Shown here piece by piece: positions 26,816 to 36,249 of a DNA stretch of 64,000 bases. Source of the stretch: an uncultured Gammaproteobacteria bacterium (lineage in GTDB: Bacteria > Pseudomonadota > Gammaproteobacteria > CAWCPV01); NCBI GenBank assembly GCA_963797555.1, contig CAWCPV010000006.1, positions 32,001 through 96,000 on the forward strand, written 5' to 3'. The position numbers were made by a program, and so were the translations under genes. The notes beneath the pieces are model-generated. The model saw only the letters and a program-made list of their open reading frames with translations. It searched no databases and was not told where the DNA came from. The first letter of the stretch is position 1, and each line of letters starts with the position of its first letter.

Positions 26816-28903
26816 TCAGGGGGCCGCTGGCGGCGGCTCCTGCTCGGGAATCGAGTCCAACTGGGAGAGCCACGCCGCCGCCTCGCCGTCGCTGGGCGCC
26901 CGGTAATCGCCGCGCGGTGACAGCGAGCCGCCCGACCCGACCTTGGGCGCGTTGGGCATGGCGCTGCGCTTGAACTGGCTGAGCTGGAAGAAGCGCTCGA
27001 GGAAAACCCCGAGCCACCGGCGTATTTCGGCGATGGTGTACTCGCGGCGCTCGGACTCCGGGATATCCGGCCACACGCCGCGCGCCGCATCGTGCCAGGC
27101 GCACCAGGCGAGGAAAGCGACCTTCGGCGGGGCGTAGCCGAAGCGCAGGATTTGGTAGAGATTGAAGTCCTGCAGCTCGTAAGGACCGACCACCGCTTCG
27201 GTGCGCTGATTCGGCTGCCCGCCCTCCCCGTCCGGCTCCGCGGGGACCAGCTCGGGACTGATCTCGGTCTCCAGCACCTCCTCCAGCACCGCACTCACCT
27301 CGGGGCCGAGCTGACGCGTCTTCGCTACCCAGCGGATCAGGTACTGGATCAGCGTCTTCGGGACGCTGGCGTTCACGCCGTAGTGGGCCATCTGGTCGCC
27401 CACGCCGTAGGTGCACCAGCCCAGGGCCAGCTCGCTGAGATCGCTGGTCCCGACCACCAGGCCGCCGTGGCGGTTCGCCAGCCGGAACAGCAGGCTGGTG
27501 CGTGCGCCCGCCTGCACGTTCTCGAAGGTCACGTCGTACACCGGCTCACCCCGCGCGTAGGGGTGATCGATGTCGCGCAGCATCTGCAGGCAGCCGGGGC
27601 GGATGTCCACCTCCCGCGCGGGGCACCCCAGGGCCGCGATGAGGCGCCGCGCCTGCGCCAGGGTGCGGGCGCTGGTCGCGAAGCCCGGCAGGGTATACGC
27701 AAGCACATGGCTGCGCGGCAGCCCCAGCACGTCCATGGCGTGGCCGCACACCAGCAGCGCCTGGGTCGAGTCGAGCCCCCCCGAGACGCCGATGACCACC
27801 TTGTCCACTTGCGCGGCGTGCAGGCGCTTCACCAGCCCCTGCACCTGGATCTCGTACACCTCCCGGCAGCGCTCGTCGCGCCGGTTCGGATCGCTCGGAA
27901 CATAGGGGAAACGCTCGTAAGCCCGCTCCGGCAGCAGCACGCCCCGGCTGGGAAGGTCGAGCGGCACCGGCACCGTACGATAGTCCTGCAGGTCCTGCCG
28001 GTGGCGGTAGCGTGCCTGGGCGAAGGTGCCCTGGCGCATCCTGTCCTGAACGAGACGCTCCAGGTCGACGTCCCCGGTGACGAGCTGGGCGCTATAGCGG
28101 AACCGCTCCGACTCCGCGATCCGCGTCCCGTTCTCGTAGATCAGGGCGTGCCCGTCCCAGGCCAGCTCCGTGGTCGACTCCCCGCTCCCGGCCGCGCAGT
28201 ACACGTAGGCCGCGAGGCAGCGCCCCGACTGGTTCTCCACGAGCTGGCGGCGGTAGTCCGCCTTGCCCACGGTGATGTTCGACGCGGACAGGTTCACGAG
28301 CACCGTGGCGCCCGCCAGCGCCGCATAGCTCGAAGGCGGGATGGGCACCCAGAGGTCTTCGCAGATCTCCACCGAGAAGGTCAGCAGCGGCTGACTCTCG
28401 GCCGCGAACAGCAGGCGGTTGCCGAAGGGCACGTCGCGGCTCCCGAGCAGGTCCACGGTGCTCCTGCCGGCCACGTCCGCCGGCGTGAACTGGCGCAGCT
28501 CGTAGAACTCCCGGTAGTTGGGGAGGTAGGTCTTGGGGACGATCCCCAGCAGCTTGCCGCGGTAAAGCACCGCCGCGCAGTTGTAGAGCAGCCCGTCCAC
28601 TTGGAGCGGCAGCCCCACTACCGCGACCACGGGCAGCGCATGGGAGGCGTGCAGGATACGCGACAGAGCGTCCACGCAGCCGTCCAGCAGCGCCTGCTGG
28701 TGGAACAGGTCCTCGCAGGAATAGGCCGACAGCCCCAATTCCGGGAACACGACCAGCGCCGCCCGCCGCGCCGCCGCCCGTTCCAGCAGCGCGATGGTCT
28801 GGGCGGCGTTGAACGCCGGGTCCGCCACCTTCACCTCGGGCGACGCGGCCGCGACCCGCACCATACGGTGGCGGTAAAGGTTGAAGAAGTCTTCGGTTTC
28901 CAT
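26816..28903 (-). CDS. nadE: Glutamine-dependent NAD+ synthetase
   Basis: Nitrilase domain ([23 protein letters not shown]) plus [20 protein letters not shown]; start at METEDFF. Confidence 0.95.
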   Translation of the reverse strand: METEDFFNLYRHRMVRVAAASPEVKVADPAFNAAQTIALLERAAARRAALVVFPELGLSAYSCEDLFHQQALLDGCVDALSRILHASHALPVVAVVGLPLQVDGLLYNCAAVLYRGKLLGIVPKTYLPNYREFYELRQFTPADVAGRSTVDLLGSRDVPFGNRLLFAAESQPLLTFSVEICEDLWVPIPPSSYAALAGATVLVNLSASNITVGKADYRRQLVENQSGRCLAAYVYCAAGSGESTTELAWDGHALIYENGTRIAESERFRYSAQLVTGDVDLERLVQDRMRQGTFAQARYRHRQDLQDYRTVPVPLDLPSRGVLLPERAYERFPYVPSDPNRRDERCREVYEIQVQGLVKRLHAAQVDKVVIGVSGGLDSTQALLVCGHAMDVLGLPRSHVLAYTLPGFATSARTLAQARRLIAALGCPAREVDIRPGCLQMLRDIDHPYARGEPVYDVTFENVQAGARTSLLFRLANRHGGLVVGTSDLSELALGWCTYGVGDQMAHYGVNASVPKTLIQYLIRWVAKTRQLGPEVSAVLEEVLETEISPELVPAEPDGEGGQPNQRTEAVVGPYELQDFNLYQILRFGYAPPKVAFLAWCAWHDAARGVWPDIPESERREYTIAEIRRWLGVFLERFFQLSQFKRSAMPNAPKVGSGGSLSPRGDYRAPSDGEAAAWLSQLDSIPEQEPPPAAP

Positions 28904-29146
28904 GGCCTGTCGCGGAGCTTCGAGCCAGACCACTCTAGTGGAGCGAGCGCTGCCGCCGCAAGGGCGCTGAATCCTCGGTCCGGTAGCCGGCTGGAGGGCG
29001 ACCCCGATTCCCTGTGTAAGACATCCCGGCGGCTGTCGCTCCCGCCGGGAGCCAGGACAGCCGCCGGGCACCGCTCTCATCATGACCGGCGTTGGACGCG
29101 CGAGCGCACTCCTGGCCCGTCCTTGAACGGGCCGGCTCCCGCCTCG

Positions 29147-29272
29147 CAGCGTACTGGCAACACGAAACCCCAGGTTGTTGTTCCGATCGGAGACGGTATT
29201 CCTGTTGCGGTTGGCGGAGCGCACGTTCTGCGGGGTATTGTTCCAACTGCCGCCGCGGTTCACGCGCCGCCC
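29147..29272 (-). ncRNA. DGR template repeat TR2
   Basis: 126-nt ungapped match to 30808-30933 with 21 mismatches, 18 at TR adenines; GGCCCGT/ACGGGCC hairpin at 29114-29133 just 3' of it. Confidence 0.95.
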
Positions 29273-29281
29273 TGACGCCGG

Positions 29282-30373
29282 TCAGGCTCCCGCGGGCCGG
29301 TCGGACCCGGCAGGTGCCGGGTCGAACCAGCCGCCGCGAAAGATGGCGTGGCGCAGCCGCCGCGTGTGCCCATGCGCGGCGTGCGCGACCCAGGACTGCA
29401 CCCGTTGGCGCACCTCCTTCTCGGTGACGGTCCCCTGCCCCCAGCGGTCGCGCAGCCCCCGCAAACGGTTGCGGAAGCGCCGGACATTGGATTCCGGCAG
29501 GCGCCGCCGCCCGTTTGCGTGCAGCTCGAAGCCGAGGAACGTCGCCGGCTCGGCGGTCGCCAGAACCAGGGTCTTGTCCGGGTGCAGCGACAGGCGGCGC
29601 CGGGCGAGATATTCGGCGATGCGCTCCCGCCATGCCGCGAGCTGCGCCGGGTCGTCGTGGAACAGTGCCAGATCGTCCACGTAGCGGACATAGCCGGGCG
29701 CGCGCAGGACTTCCTTGACGAAGTGGTCCAGGCCATCCAGGTAGACGTTGGCGAAGAGCTGGCTGGTCAGGTTGCCAATGGGCAGCCCGCGGCGGCGCTC
29801 GAAGGGTGTGAACAGGCCGTCACCCGGGTAGTAGAGATGGACCGGCTCCTGGGGATTGGAGCCGTCGACGATCAGGTCCAGCAAGCGCAAGGCGCGCGCG
29901 CAGGCGATGCGCCGGCGCAGATCCCGCTTCAGGATGGCGTGGTCGATCGCCGGAAAGTACCGGTAGATGTCGGCGCGCAGCACGTATCGGTGGCGGTCGC
30001 GGTAATGCTCGTAGCGGGCAACGGCGCGGTGGGTGCCCTTGCCCCGGCGGTTGGCGAAGCTGTCCGGGATGAAGCCGCGCTCGAACAGCGGCTCCACCAC
30101 GGCGCAAAGGGCATGATGCACCACCCGGTCGCGAAACGGCGCGGCCGACACCCGCCGCGGCTTGGGGTCGCGCACCTCCATCACCGTGTAGCCGCCGGGC
30201 CTCCACGAGCCGTCGCGCAGCGCCCGCTCCAGGACCAACAGGTTCGTCTCCAGTCCCGCCAGGAAGGCGGCGACGCCGGCCTTGGCGCGCTTGCCGCGCG
30301 CCGCCCGCTGTGCCGCCGCGTGCAGGGCGTGAAAGTTGGCGATGCCCTCGAACAGATGATCAGCCCTGCGCAC
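29282..30373 (-). CDS. DGR reverse transcriptase
   Basis: FRDRVVHHA, GKGTH, DIYRYFPAIDH, GLPIGNLTSQ (DGR-type SQ motif), YVRYVDD, FLGF. Confidence 0.97.
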   Translation of the reverse strand: MRRADHLFEGIANFHALHAAAQRAARGKRAKAGVAAFLAGLETNLLVLERALRDGSWRPGGYTVMEVRDPKPRRVSAAPFRDRVVHHALCAVVEPLFERGFIPDSFANRRGKGTHRAVARYEHYRDRHRYVLRADIYRYFPAIDHAILKRDLRRRIACARALRLLDLIVDGSNPQEPVHLYYPGDGLFTPFERRRGLPIGNLTSQLFANVYLDGLDHFVKEVLRAPGYVRYVDDLALFHDDPAQLAAWRERIAEYLARRRLSLHPDKTLVLATAEPATFLGFELHANGRRRLPESNVRRFRNRLRGLRDRWGQGTVTEKEVRQRVQSWVAHAAHGHTRRLRHAIFRGGWFDPAPAGSDRPAGA

Positions 30374-30758
30374 CGCGGTCGGCCTTCATCCAGCCCCCCA
30401 CCAGCCGCCCCACCTCGTCCACGCTGCGGGCGACGTGCTCGTAACGGCGCAGATCGAGGTAGCCGAGATCCTTCGATAGCCGAAACAGAAAACGCAGCTT
30501 CTCCAGCCGCAGGTTCACCCGGCGCAGGATCGGCGCCGCCTCGCGCGTGTAGGTGGCCTCGATCAGCCCTTCCAGCAAGTCCAGCGCCGTGCCCTGGATG
30601 CGGTCGCCCAGCAGGAAGCGCTGGCTGCGCGGGAACTTCTCCACCGTCGGGATCATCCACAGCAGAAACTGGTAGGCCCGCTCCAACGCCGGGCCGTGGC
30701 GCCGCGCCGGGTCGGGCTGCCGACCCGGCGCGGCGCGCGGTGGCTGGGTGCTCGCCAC
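30360..30758 (-). CDS. avd: DGR accessory variability determinant Avd
   Basis: KFPRSQRFLLGDRI..LEKLRFLFRL..YEH..EVGRLVGGW four-helix bundle; overlaps the RT start. Confidence 0.93.
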   Translation of the reverse strand: MASTQPPRAAPGRQPDPARRHGPALERAYQFLLWMIPTVEKFPRSQRFLLGDRIQGTALDLLEGLIEATYTREAAPILRRVNLRLEKLRFLFRLSKDLGYLDLRRYEHVARSVDEVGRLVGGWMKADRGAQG

Positions 30759-30792
30759 GACGGGGTAAAGGGGTAAAGAAGCTAAGCCCTAA

Positions 30793-30811
30793 GCTGCCGT
30801 TTCACGGCAGC
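30793..30811 (-). other. 8-bp hairpin with GAA loop overlapping the target stop (DGR cis element)
   Basis: GCTGCCGT-GAA-ACGGCAGC; absent after TR2. Confidence 0.8.
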
Positions 30812-31968
30812 GTCCTGGCAACACGAAACCCCGGGGCGCCGTTCCGAGCGGAGACGGGATACCAGCCGCGGCTGGCGGAGCGCACGAACAGCGGGGAAGA
30901 GTCCCAACTGCCGCCGCGGTTAACGCGCCGCCCGCAGTCGCCCCGGTGGCTGGCGCTGCCGTCGGCCGGCGCGCCCGCGTAGCTCTCGTCGTAGCAGTCC
31001 TCGGTCCATTCCCAGACGTTTCCCAGCATGTCGTAGAGCCCGAATGCGTTCGGCCGGAAGGAGCCCACCGGGGCGGTGTCGGGGTAGCCGTCGTCGCAGG
31101 CGAAGGCCGGCCAAGGGTACCGCGACGAATATTTGGTCTCGCCGGACCAATCATAGACGTTGGCGAACTGACAGGCGCGGTCCGTCGACGTGCCCCAGAA
31201 CCGGGGCTTCTGCGATCCGGCGCGCGCCGCGTACTCCCACTCCGCCTCGCTCGGCAGACGGTATCCCTTGCCGGTCTTCTCCGACAGCCACTCGGTGAAG
31301 CCCACCGCCTCCTCCCAGGTGACGTTGATGACCGGCTGGCGACCGCGGCCCCAGCCCTCGTCTCCCACCTGCCCACAGTCCCCGGCACGCGCGCACGCGT
31401 CCCACTCGTTGAAGGTCACCTCGTACTTGCCCAGCGCAAAGGGCTTCGCCAAGGTGACCTCGTGGGCGGGCCCCTCGTTGTTGTCGCGCCCCGCCTCGCT
31501 GGGCGGCGAGCCCATCACGAAGGACCCGGCCGGGATGACCACCATCGCCGGGCAAACGTCGCAGTCCTGGAACTCGGTGCCGGGCTTAGGGTAACGCGGC
31601 GCGGCGCTGGCGGTGCCCTTCCCGGACAGCTCGGCGAGGCGGCGCTTCGCCTGGGGTGCCACCGGGCTGTTCGGGTCCGCCTTGAGCGAGGCATCGAAGC
31701 GCGCGCGGGCCTGGTCCTTCTTGCCCAGCGCCAGATAGGTCTCGCCCAGGTAGTAGTTCGCCGGGGCATTGTCGGGCTCGACCTTGAGCCCTTGCTCGAA
31801 CTTGGCCGCCGCTGCGTCGAGCTTGCCCGCCTTCCTCAGCTCGAAGGCGTCGAAGAACAATTGCTGCGCGCCCCCTTGCTGCGCATGGCCATTGCCCGAC
31901 CCGACAGCGGTAGAAAAAAGCACCAACCACACCATGAGCCCAAACGGTTTCAGCAGAACCTTCCCCAT
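30802..31968 (-). CDS. DGR target 3: signal peptide - TPR - FGE-sulfatase/CLec domain
   Basis: Hydrophobic N-terminus, TPRs (ANYYLGETYLALG), FQDCDVCPAMVVIPAGSFVMGS, RLPSEAEWEYAARAG, NAFGLYDMLGNVWEW. Confidence 0.93.
   Translation of the reverse strand: MGKVLLKPFGLMVWLVLFSTAVGSGNGHAQQGGAQQLFFDAFELRKAGKLDAAAAKFEQGLKVEPDNAPANYYLGETYLALGKKDQARARFDASLKADPNSPVAPQAKRRLAELSGKGTASAAPRYPKPGTEFQDCDVCPAMVVIPAGSFVMGSPPSEAGRDNNEGPAHEVTLAKPFALGKYEVTFNEWDACARAGDCGQVGDEGWGRGRQPVINVTWEEAVGFTEWLSEKTGKGYRLPSEAEWEYAARAGSQKPRFWGTSTDRACQFANVYDWSGETKYSSRYPWPAFACDDGYPDTAPVGSFRPNAFGLYDMLGNVWEWTEDCYDESYAGAPADGSASHRGDCGRRVNRGGSWDSSPLFVRSASRGWYPVSARNGAPGFRVARTLP
30808..30933 (-). repeat. DGR variable region VR3
   Basis: Encodes [42 protein letters not shown] versus TR2 [42 protein letters not shown]. 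Confidence 0.95.
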
Positions 31969-32191
31969 CTTTGCCTCCCTTGCGGCGTGGCCGCTTACCA
32001 AAACGAGTATTAATAGTACAGGCTTACTGGGGCACGGTTTTCCCCACCGGGACGGCGGTCAGGACTCGGCCGAGACGGCCCCGGAAAGATACGAGCCAAA
32101 GAGTCGATGTCGTTAAACAAGCCGCTACAGCTTCGATGGTCCAGACAGCGGGGCGCAGGATCGAAGCCCATGCCTGGAGGAGGGAGCGTCC

Positions 32192-33728
32192 ATGAATTCC
32201 ACCCGCCTGTCGTTCACCGCTGTCCTCGCGGCGCTGTTCTTGCCTCAGGCGCAGGCCTAATATCTCTCTCTACGGAATAGTCACGGAACCCGTCTTGCCG
32301 ACGTCGTTCCAAGAGTGTTACGCGATGGCGCAGGCCTTCAACGCCGTCACCCAGAAAATCTCCGATCAGCTCATGCGGTGCGTAGATCAGTACAACGGTC
32401 TTGAGGTGATTCCGCCCCATTGCAAGAAGTACCTACGTGAGCAGGACGAGGCCGACAGGGCGAGAGATCAGGCTTTGGACGCATGCCGCGCCAAAGTGGC
32501 GGCCTACCTGGAACAGCAGCGAGAAATGGAACGGGAAAAGCAAAAGCAGGAACAGGAGCGGTTGGCGCGCGAGCGTCGGGACAGCGAGGAGCGGGACGCA
32601 CGCGAGACAAGGCGCCAAGACGAGCGGCACGAGCGCGAGGCGCGCCAGGCTCGGGAGGAGCGGCGCAGAGAGGAAGACGCGCGGAGCAGGCAAGAACGGG
32701 AGGCACGGCGCCAAGACGAGCGGCGCGACGGCGGAGAGAAACGGGAAGCAAAGAGCGCCAAGGATCGGGACCGTGAGTCGCATGAAGCGCGACAGGCATC
32801 ACTTTGGCAAAAAATCTTGGACGCGTCCGAGCGGTCGAGGGAGCCGGAAGCGGAGCACCCCCAAGCAGAGGAAGCCCGCGCCGAGGAGCGTCAGCAGGAG
32901 ACCGAGCAGGGTCGCCAAGAGGAAGAGACCCATTACTGGGATCTCGTAAAGAATCTGAAGGAAGGCGCCGGCCTGGCGAAGGACATCGCCGAGATCGGCG
33001 AGAATCCATTCGGGGCGTCCGCCCAGAAGGGCGGCGAAGCCGTCAGCAGCTTCTTGGTGGGCAAGGGGGTCGGTGTTGCGACCGGAGGCTTACCGGAGCA
33101 CGAGGATCAAGGCTACGGCGCGATAGCCTCCGGGGTGGATGAAATGCGCAGCCAGGCATTGGCGCGTAACCCGTTCGCGGCCGAGATTTCCGGGCAGGCG
33201 TTTCAAGGGATTCGCAGGGTCCAAGGCGCCGTTCTGGGCCAGGCCGAGGACCTCGGGGAACAGGTCTCGGAGATCGGCCGCGAGGAGGCGCCGAGTTCTG
33301 CCGGCGCGGCTAACCCCTTCCAGCCGCCTCGGCGGCGCTTCGTTCAGGACGTTGCCGAGCCGCCCCAACCGGTGGCCCGTGCGCAGGTGCGGCAGGTCGC
33401 TCAGCCGGCACCGCAGCCCGCGCCACAGTCGTTCGCATCGACGAGTACGGAGAATCCGTTCGGTCGGCGCTCGACTCCGGTCACCTACGACGACCTGGAG
33501 AGCGGCACTCGCTTCGACATTTCGCCAGGTCATGCCCTCTACCGGGACCCGGCGACCAGGCGCCTGCGCGTCGTGAGCCTGGCTGAGTTGCCGGCAGGCG
33601 CCGGGCGCGGCGACCAGCCCGGTGCCGGGAAGGTGGGATGCAGTGCGACGGGGGTTGGAATCGTCACTCCGGAGTGCGAGAAGGCGCGCCGTGCCAGCGT
33701 GAATCCTTTCGGAAGCGGTCAGAAGTAG
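32192..33728 (+). pseudogene. Secreted coiled-coil protein with five NPF motifs; signal peptide cut off by a stop and a frameshift
   Basis: RBS plus ATG 32192 gives MNSTRLSFTAVLAALFLPQAQA then TAA (32258-32260); TA(TC)4 tract; main ORF 32295-33728 in another frame. Confidence 0.6.
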
Positions 33729-33825
33729 CAGCCCGATCGGGTCGAACGCGACGGCATCGATCGCATGCCCCCTACAAAGTCGCTCACAATCCCACCCCGC
33801 GAGCCCCCACAGCCCGCACATCCCA

Positions 33826-34182
33826 TCAAGCCGCATCCCGGATCTCCGCGTGAATAACGATCTCATCGAAAGGCGCAGCGAGTTTCCCGTCCTCGTCCCT
33901 TTCCAGCAGCCCAAGCTCGACCAGCTCCTTGACGTCGGTGTGGACGTTCTTGTAGTCGCGGCTAAGCCCCTGCGCGAGCTGGCGGACGTTCAGAGTCTGA
34001 TGAGCGGCCACGTGGCGCAACAGCTCCAGCCGTTTTTCGGTGATAGTGGAAAACAGCTCCCGCAGGCTCCCGAACGCGAGGCGCGGGGTGGACGACTCTC
34101 CAGCCTCCAATCGCCGCCAGGCCTCGGCGAAGGCATTCAGGCCGGCCTGCGGCCTCATCACCATGATCTCGATCCGGTTCAT
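33826..34182 (-). CDS. HTH protein, putative antitoxin/regulator (HVO_A0114-like)
   Basis: TEKRLELLR..VRQLAQGLSRDYKNVHTDVKELVELGL..PFDEI; ATGA-coupled to the upstream gene. Confidence 0.8.
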   Translation of the reverse strand: MNRIEIMVMRPQAGLNAFAEAWRRLEAGESSTPRLAFGSLRELFSTITEKRLELLRHVAAHQTLNVRQLAQGLSRDYKNVHTDVKELVELGLLERDEDGKLAAPFDEIVIHAEIRDAA

Positions 34183-34469
34183 TCCCACCTCCAGCCCGCC
34201 AGGCGCACGCAATCGGCGCGGAAGTCGGCGATCAACCTGTGCAGCGAATCGAACCGGTAAGGGTGTTCCCCGTCGGCGTCATGTCGATGGTCACCCTTGC
34301 CGCTCTCGTTGTCGTACCGAACGAGACACTTGCCGGCGCGACCGCAATACAGCCGGTATTTGAGCCCATGAGCCCGCTCCGGGGTAACTCCCGGTAAGGC
34401 CCAGATGACCATCTCCACGAACACATCCGCCTGCCGGGCCTTGTACCGGAAGATCTGCCGTGCCCGCAT
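34179..34469 (-). CDS. DUF6516 family protein, putative toxin
   Basis: HGLKYRL..VRYDNESGKGDHRH..YRF..LIADF. Confidence 0.8.
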   Translation of the reverse strand: MRARQIFRYKARQADVFVEMVIWALPGVTPERAHGLKYRLYCGRAGKCLVRYDNESGKGDHRHDADGEHPYRFDSLHRLIADFRADCVRLAGWRWE

Positions 34470-34647
34470 GATGGTCTAGTATGCCATAACGGCCCCCGCC
34501 CGCGCGCAGCCTGAACCCGTCATCCAGGCAACGCAGGGCCTCAGGATTCGTGGCCCGCCGCGGCTGGTATATTAAGGACCGAGCCTAAACCCCCAAACGA
34601 TGCGCGGCAGCGAGCGCCCTGATCCAGCCGAGAGAGGAGATTCATCC

Positions 34648-34920
34648 ATGTCCGTCGTCCAGATCAACAGCTATTACGCCGAGTGGTTGCCTTCCGGCAC
34701 GCCTGACCACCCCGGGACCGGAAGGATTATCCTGCGCAGCGCGCAGCGCCTGACCGATCTGTATTGGCTCACCAACCTCCACTCGGATGACTTCCGGAAC
34801 CTGCTGACGCTGCTCCAAACCGAGAAGCCGCTGTTCTGGGACAAGTCCGCCGACTGCCTGCGCACGGCCCACCCCCAGAGCCTGGACGCCGAGCCCGTCG
34901 GGGAGCAGGAGCGCTCCTGA
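34648..34920 (+). CDS. Small hypothetical protein
   Basis: GAGGAG RBS, high-GC3 codons, LLQTEKPLFWD..EPVGE. Confidence 0.65.
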   Translation: MSVVQINSYYAEWLPSGTPDHPGTGRIILRSAQRLTDLYWLTNLHSDDFRNLLTLLQTEKPLFWDKSADCLRTAHPQSLDAEPVGEQERS

Positions 34921-35119
34921 CTCGAAGACCCCCGGCCCCGCCGACGCGCAGGCCCGCAGGCCAAGGGAGGACGTCGCGAATTCGGGACAAACCGCAGCCT
35001 TCTGCGGCTGGCAGGGAACCCTCGGGTCGACCAGATGGGCCTCGGTCCCCGCCGTCCGGCATACCGGCGAACGGGTGTGGGGATCCCACAGGCGAGATAG
35101 CGGCAAGACTCCCGTTATT

Positions 35120-35389
35120 TCAGTAAGCAACAACCGCGATATCGGTCTTGCTGAAATCCCGACCTTTGAAGACCAGCGGCTCGCCCGTTTCTTTGGCAAG
35201 CCCATAGGCGATGCAATCACCGAAATTCAGGCCTGCCGGATGTCTCCCTCTACCGAACTCACGAAACGCCCTGCGGGCGATTTCCGCCTGTGTCGAGTCA
35301 AAAGCGGCGATTTGGATCTTGAGCTTCGCCAGCAGTAGATCGAGATCCCGCGAGCCTTCGTCACCGTGTCGCGCCCGGACCAGTAGATG
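35120..35389 (-). pseudogene. vapC: VapC (PIN) toxin, 5'-truncated at a REP
   Basis: AFREFGRGRHPAGLNFGDCIAYGLAK..LVFKGRDFSKTD; homology ends at the REP boundary. Confidence 0.85.
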
Positions 35390-35420
35390 GTAGGTCGGGT
35401 TAGCGCAGTGTAACCCGACA
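35390..35420 (+). repeat. GTAG REP palindrome (left of RAYT)
   Basis: GTAGGTCGGGTTAGCGCAGTGTAACCCGACA. Confidence 0.9.
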
Positions 35421-35430
35421 ATCCGAATCT

Positions 35431-35973
35431 TCATTCCCCGCCAATGCCCTTCGGGAGGTCAACGGCGGATTCACCCCAGCTCTCGGGGTAGGTGCCGTCC
35501 GCGACGTAATGCCTGAAACTGGAATAGCGCCAATCGAGTGGGCGCTTGGCATAGCCGTGCTTTACCGGGTTGTAGTGGATATATTCGACATGCCGCCTGT
35601 AGTCTTCTTCATCGCGCAGCAGGTGTTCCCAATAGCGATGTTGCCAGATGGCCCGCTCGCCTTTTCGGCGCCTGGCGCTATTGGCGGGATTGTCTCGCAG
35701 GTGGGGATCGCAATGCTTGGTGAACCACGTCTTGACCAATCGCAGCCGGGTGGAGAAGTCTCGATCATGGTCGGGCAATGTCAGGATGCAATGCAGGTGG
35801 TCCGGAAGCACCACGGCCGCTGATAGGACGAACGGGTGCTGGTCCATCACGCCGCGGAACGCTTGCCGCAGGATGTCGATGGCGGCATCGGTCGCCAGGA
35901 TCGGCCGCCGGCTCTCGGTGACGAGAGTGAAGAAGTAGCTGCCACCAGGCACGTATGCACGGCGATATTGCAT
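35431..35973 (-). CDS. REP-associated tyrosine transposase (RAYT, HUH/Y1)
   Basis: YRRAYVPGGSYFFTLVT, LPDHLH (HUH), IWQHRYWEH, YIHYNPVKHG, WRYSSF; flanked by inverted REPs. Confidence 0.93.
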   Translation of the reverse strand: MQYRRAYVPGGSYFFTLVTESRRPILATDAAIDILRQAFRGVMDQHPFVLSAAVVLPDHLHCILTLPDHDRDFSTRLRLVKTWFTKHCDPHLRDNPANSARRRKGERAIWQHRYWEHLLRDEEDYRRHVEYIHYNPVKHGYAKRPLDWRYSSFRHYVADGTYPESWGESAVDLPKGIGGE

Positions 35974-36004
35974 CGGTGGAGTTATCTGTTCGTCGATATA
36001 TCGA

Positions 36005-36035
36005 TGTCGGGTTACGCTGCGCTAACCCGACCTAC
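36005..36035 (-). repeat. GTAG REP palindrome (right of RAYT, inverted)
   Basis: TGTCGGGTTACGCTGCGCTAACCCGACCTAC; exact reverse complement of 14006-14036. Confidence 0.9.
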
Positions 36036-36249
36036 GAACTACGAACTCGTACTCAGATTCTAGGCCCTGAGCCGCCGCGGGCGCAGGTGTTCCGGCGCCC
36101 GCCGGACCGCCCGCGATTGCAGAAATGTCGGTGCGGCGTTCATGGGTACGGTCAAGGATCTCTGCTGAGGAAGCGGCCGACGCACGGCTCGGGGTATATT
36201 GTGCCGGTGGCCTGCCAGGCCGAACCGCCCCACAAGAAGCGAGTACGCC

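Larger units (their letters stand above)
29110..31968 (-). mobile_element. Intact diversity-generating retroelement (target-avd-RT-TR)
   Basis: All four components co-oriented; A-specific TR/VR mismatches. Confidence 0.95.

Noticed and set aside
26816-29263. 815-aa ORF suggesting a TR-NadE fusion protein
   Set aside because: The extension is the TR and spacer read through in a GC-rich stop-poor frame; NadE homology begins at ATG 28903.
29147-29272. TR2 as trans template for VR1 or VR2
   Set aside because: Many non-adenine differences and a different 3' IMH region; TR2 matches only VR3.
29282-30373. RT as group II intron, retron or CRISPR-associated RT
   Set aside because: SQ motif, adjacent avd and an A-biased TR/VR pair identify a DGR; no maturase, cas1 or msr/msd seen.
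16200-31560. FGE-sulfatase domains as true formylglycine-generating enzymes
   Set aside because: They are fused to STAND or TPR modules and their C-terminal site is a DGR variable region, consistent with a ligand-binding CLec role.
14006-36035. Repeated 31-bp palindrome as CRISPR repeats
   Set aside because: Dispersed, inverted, GTAG-headed, RAYT-associated; no spacer array or cas genes.
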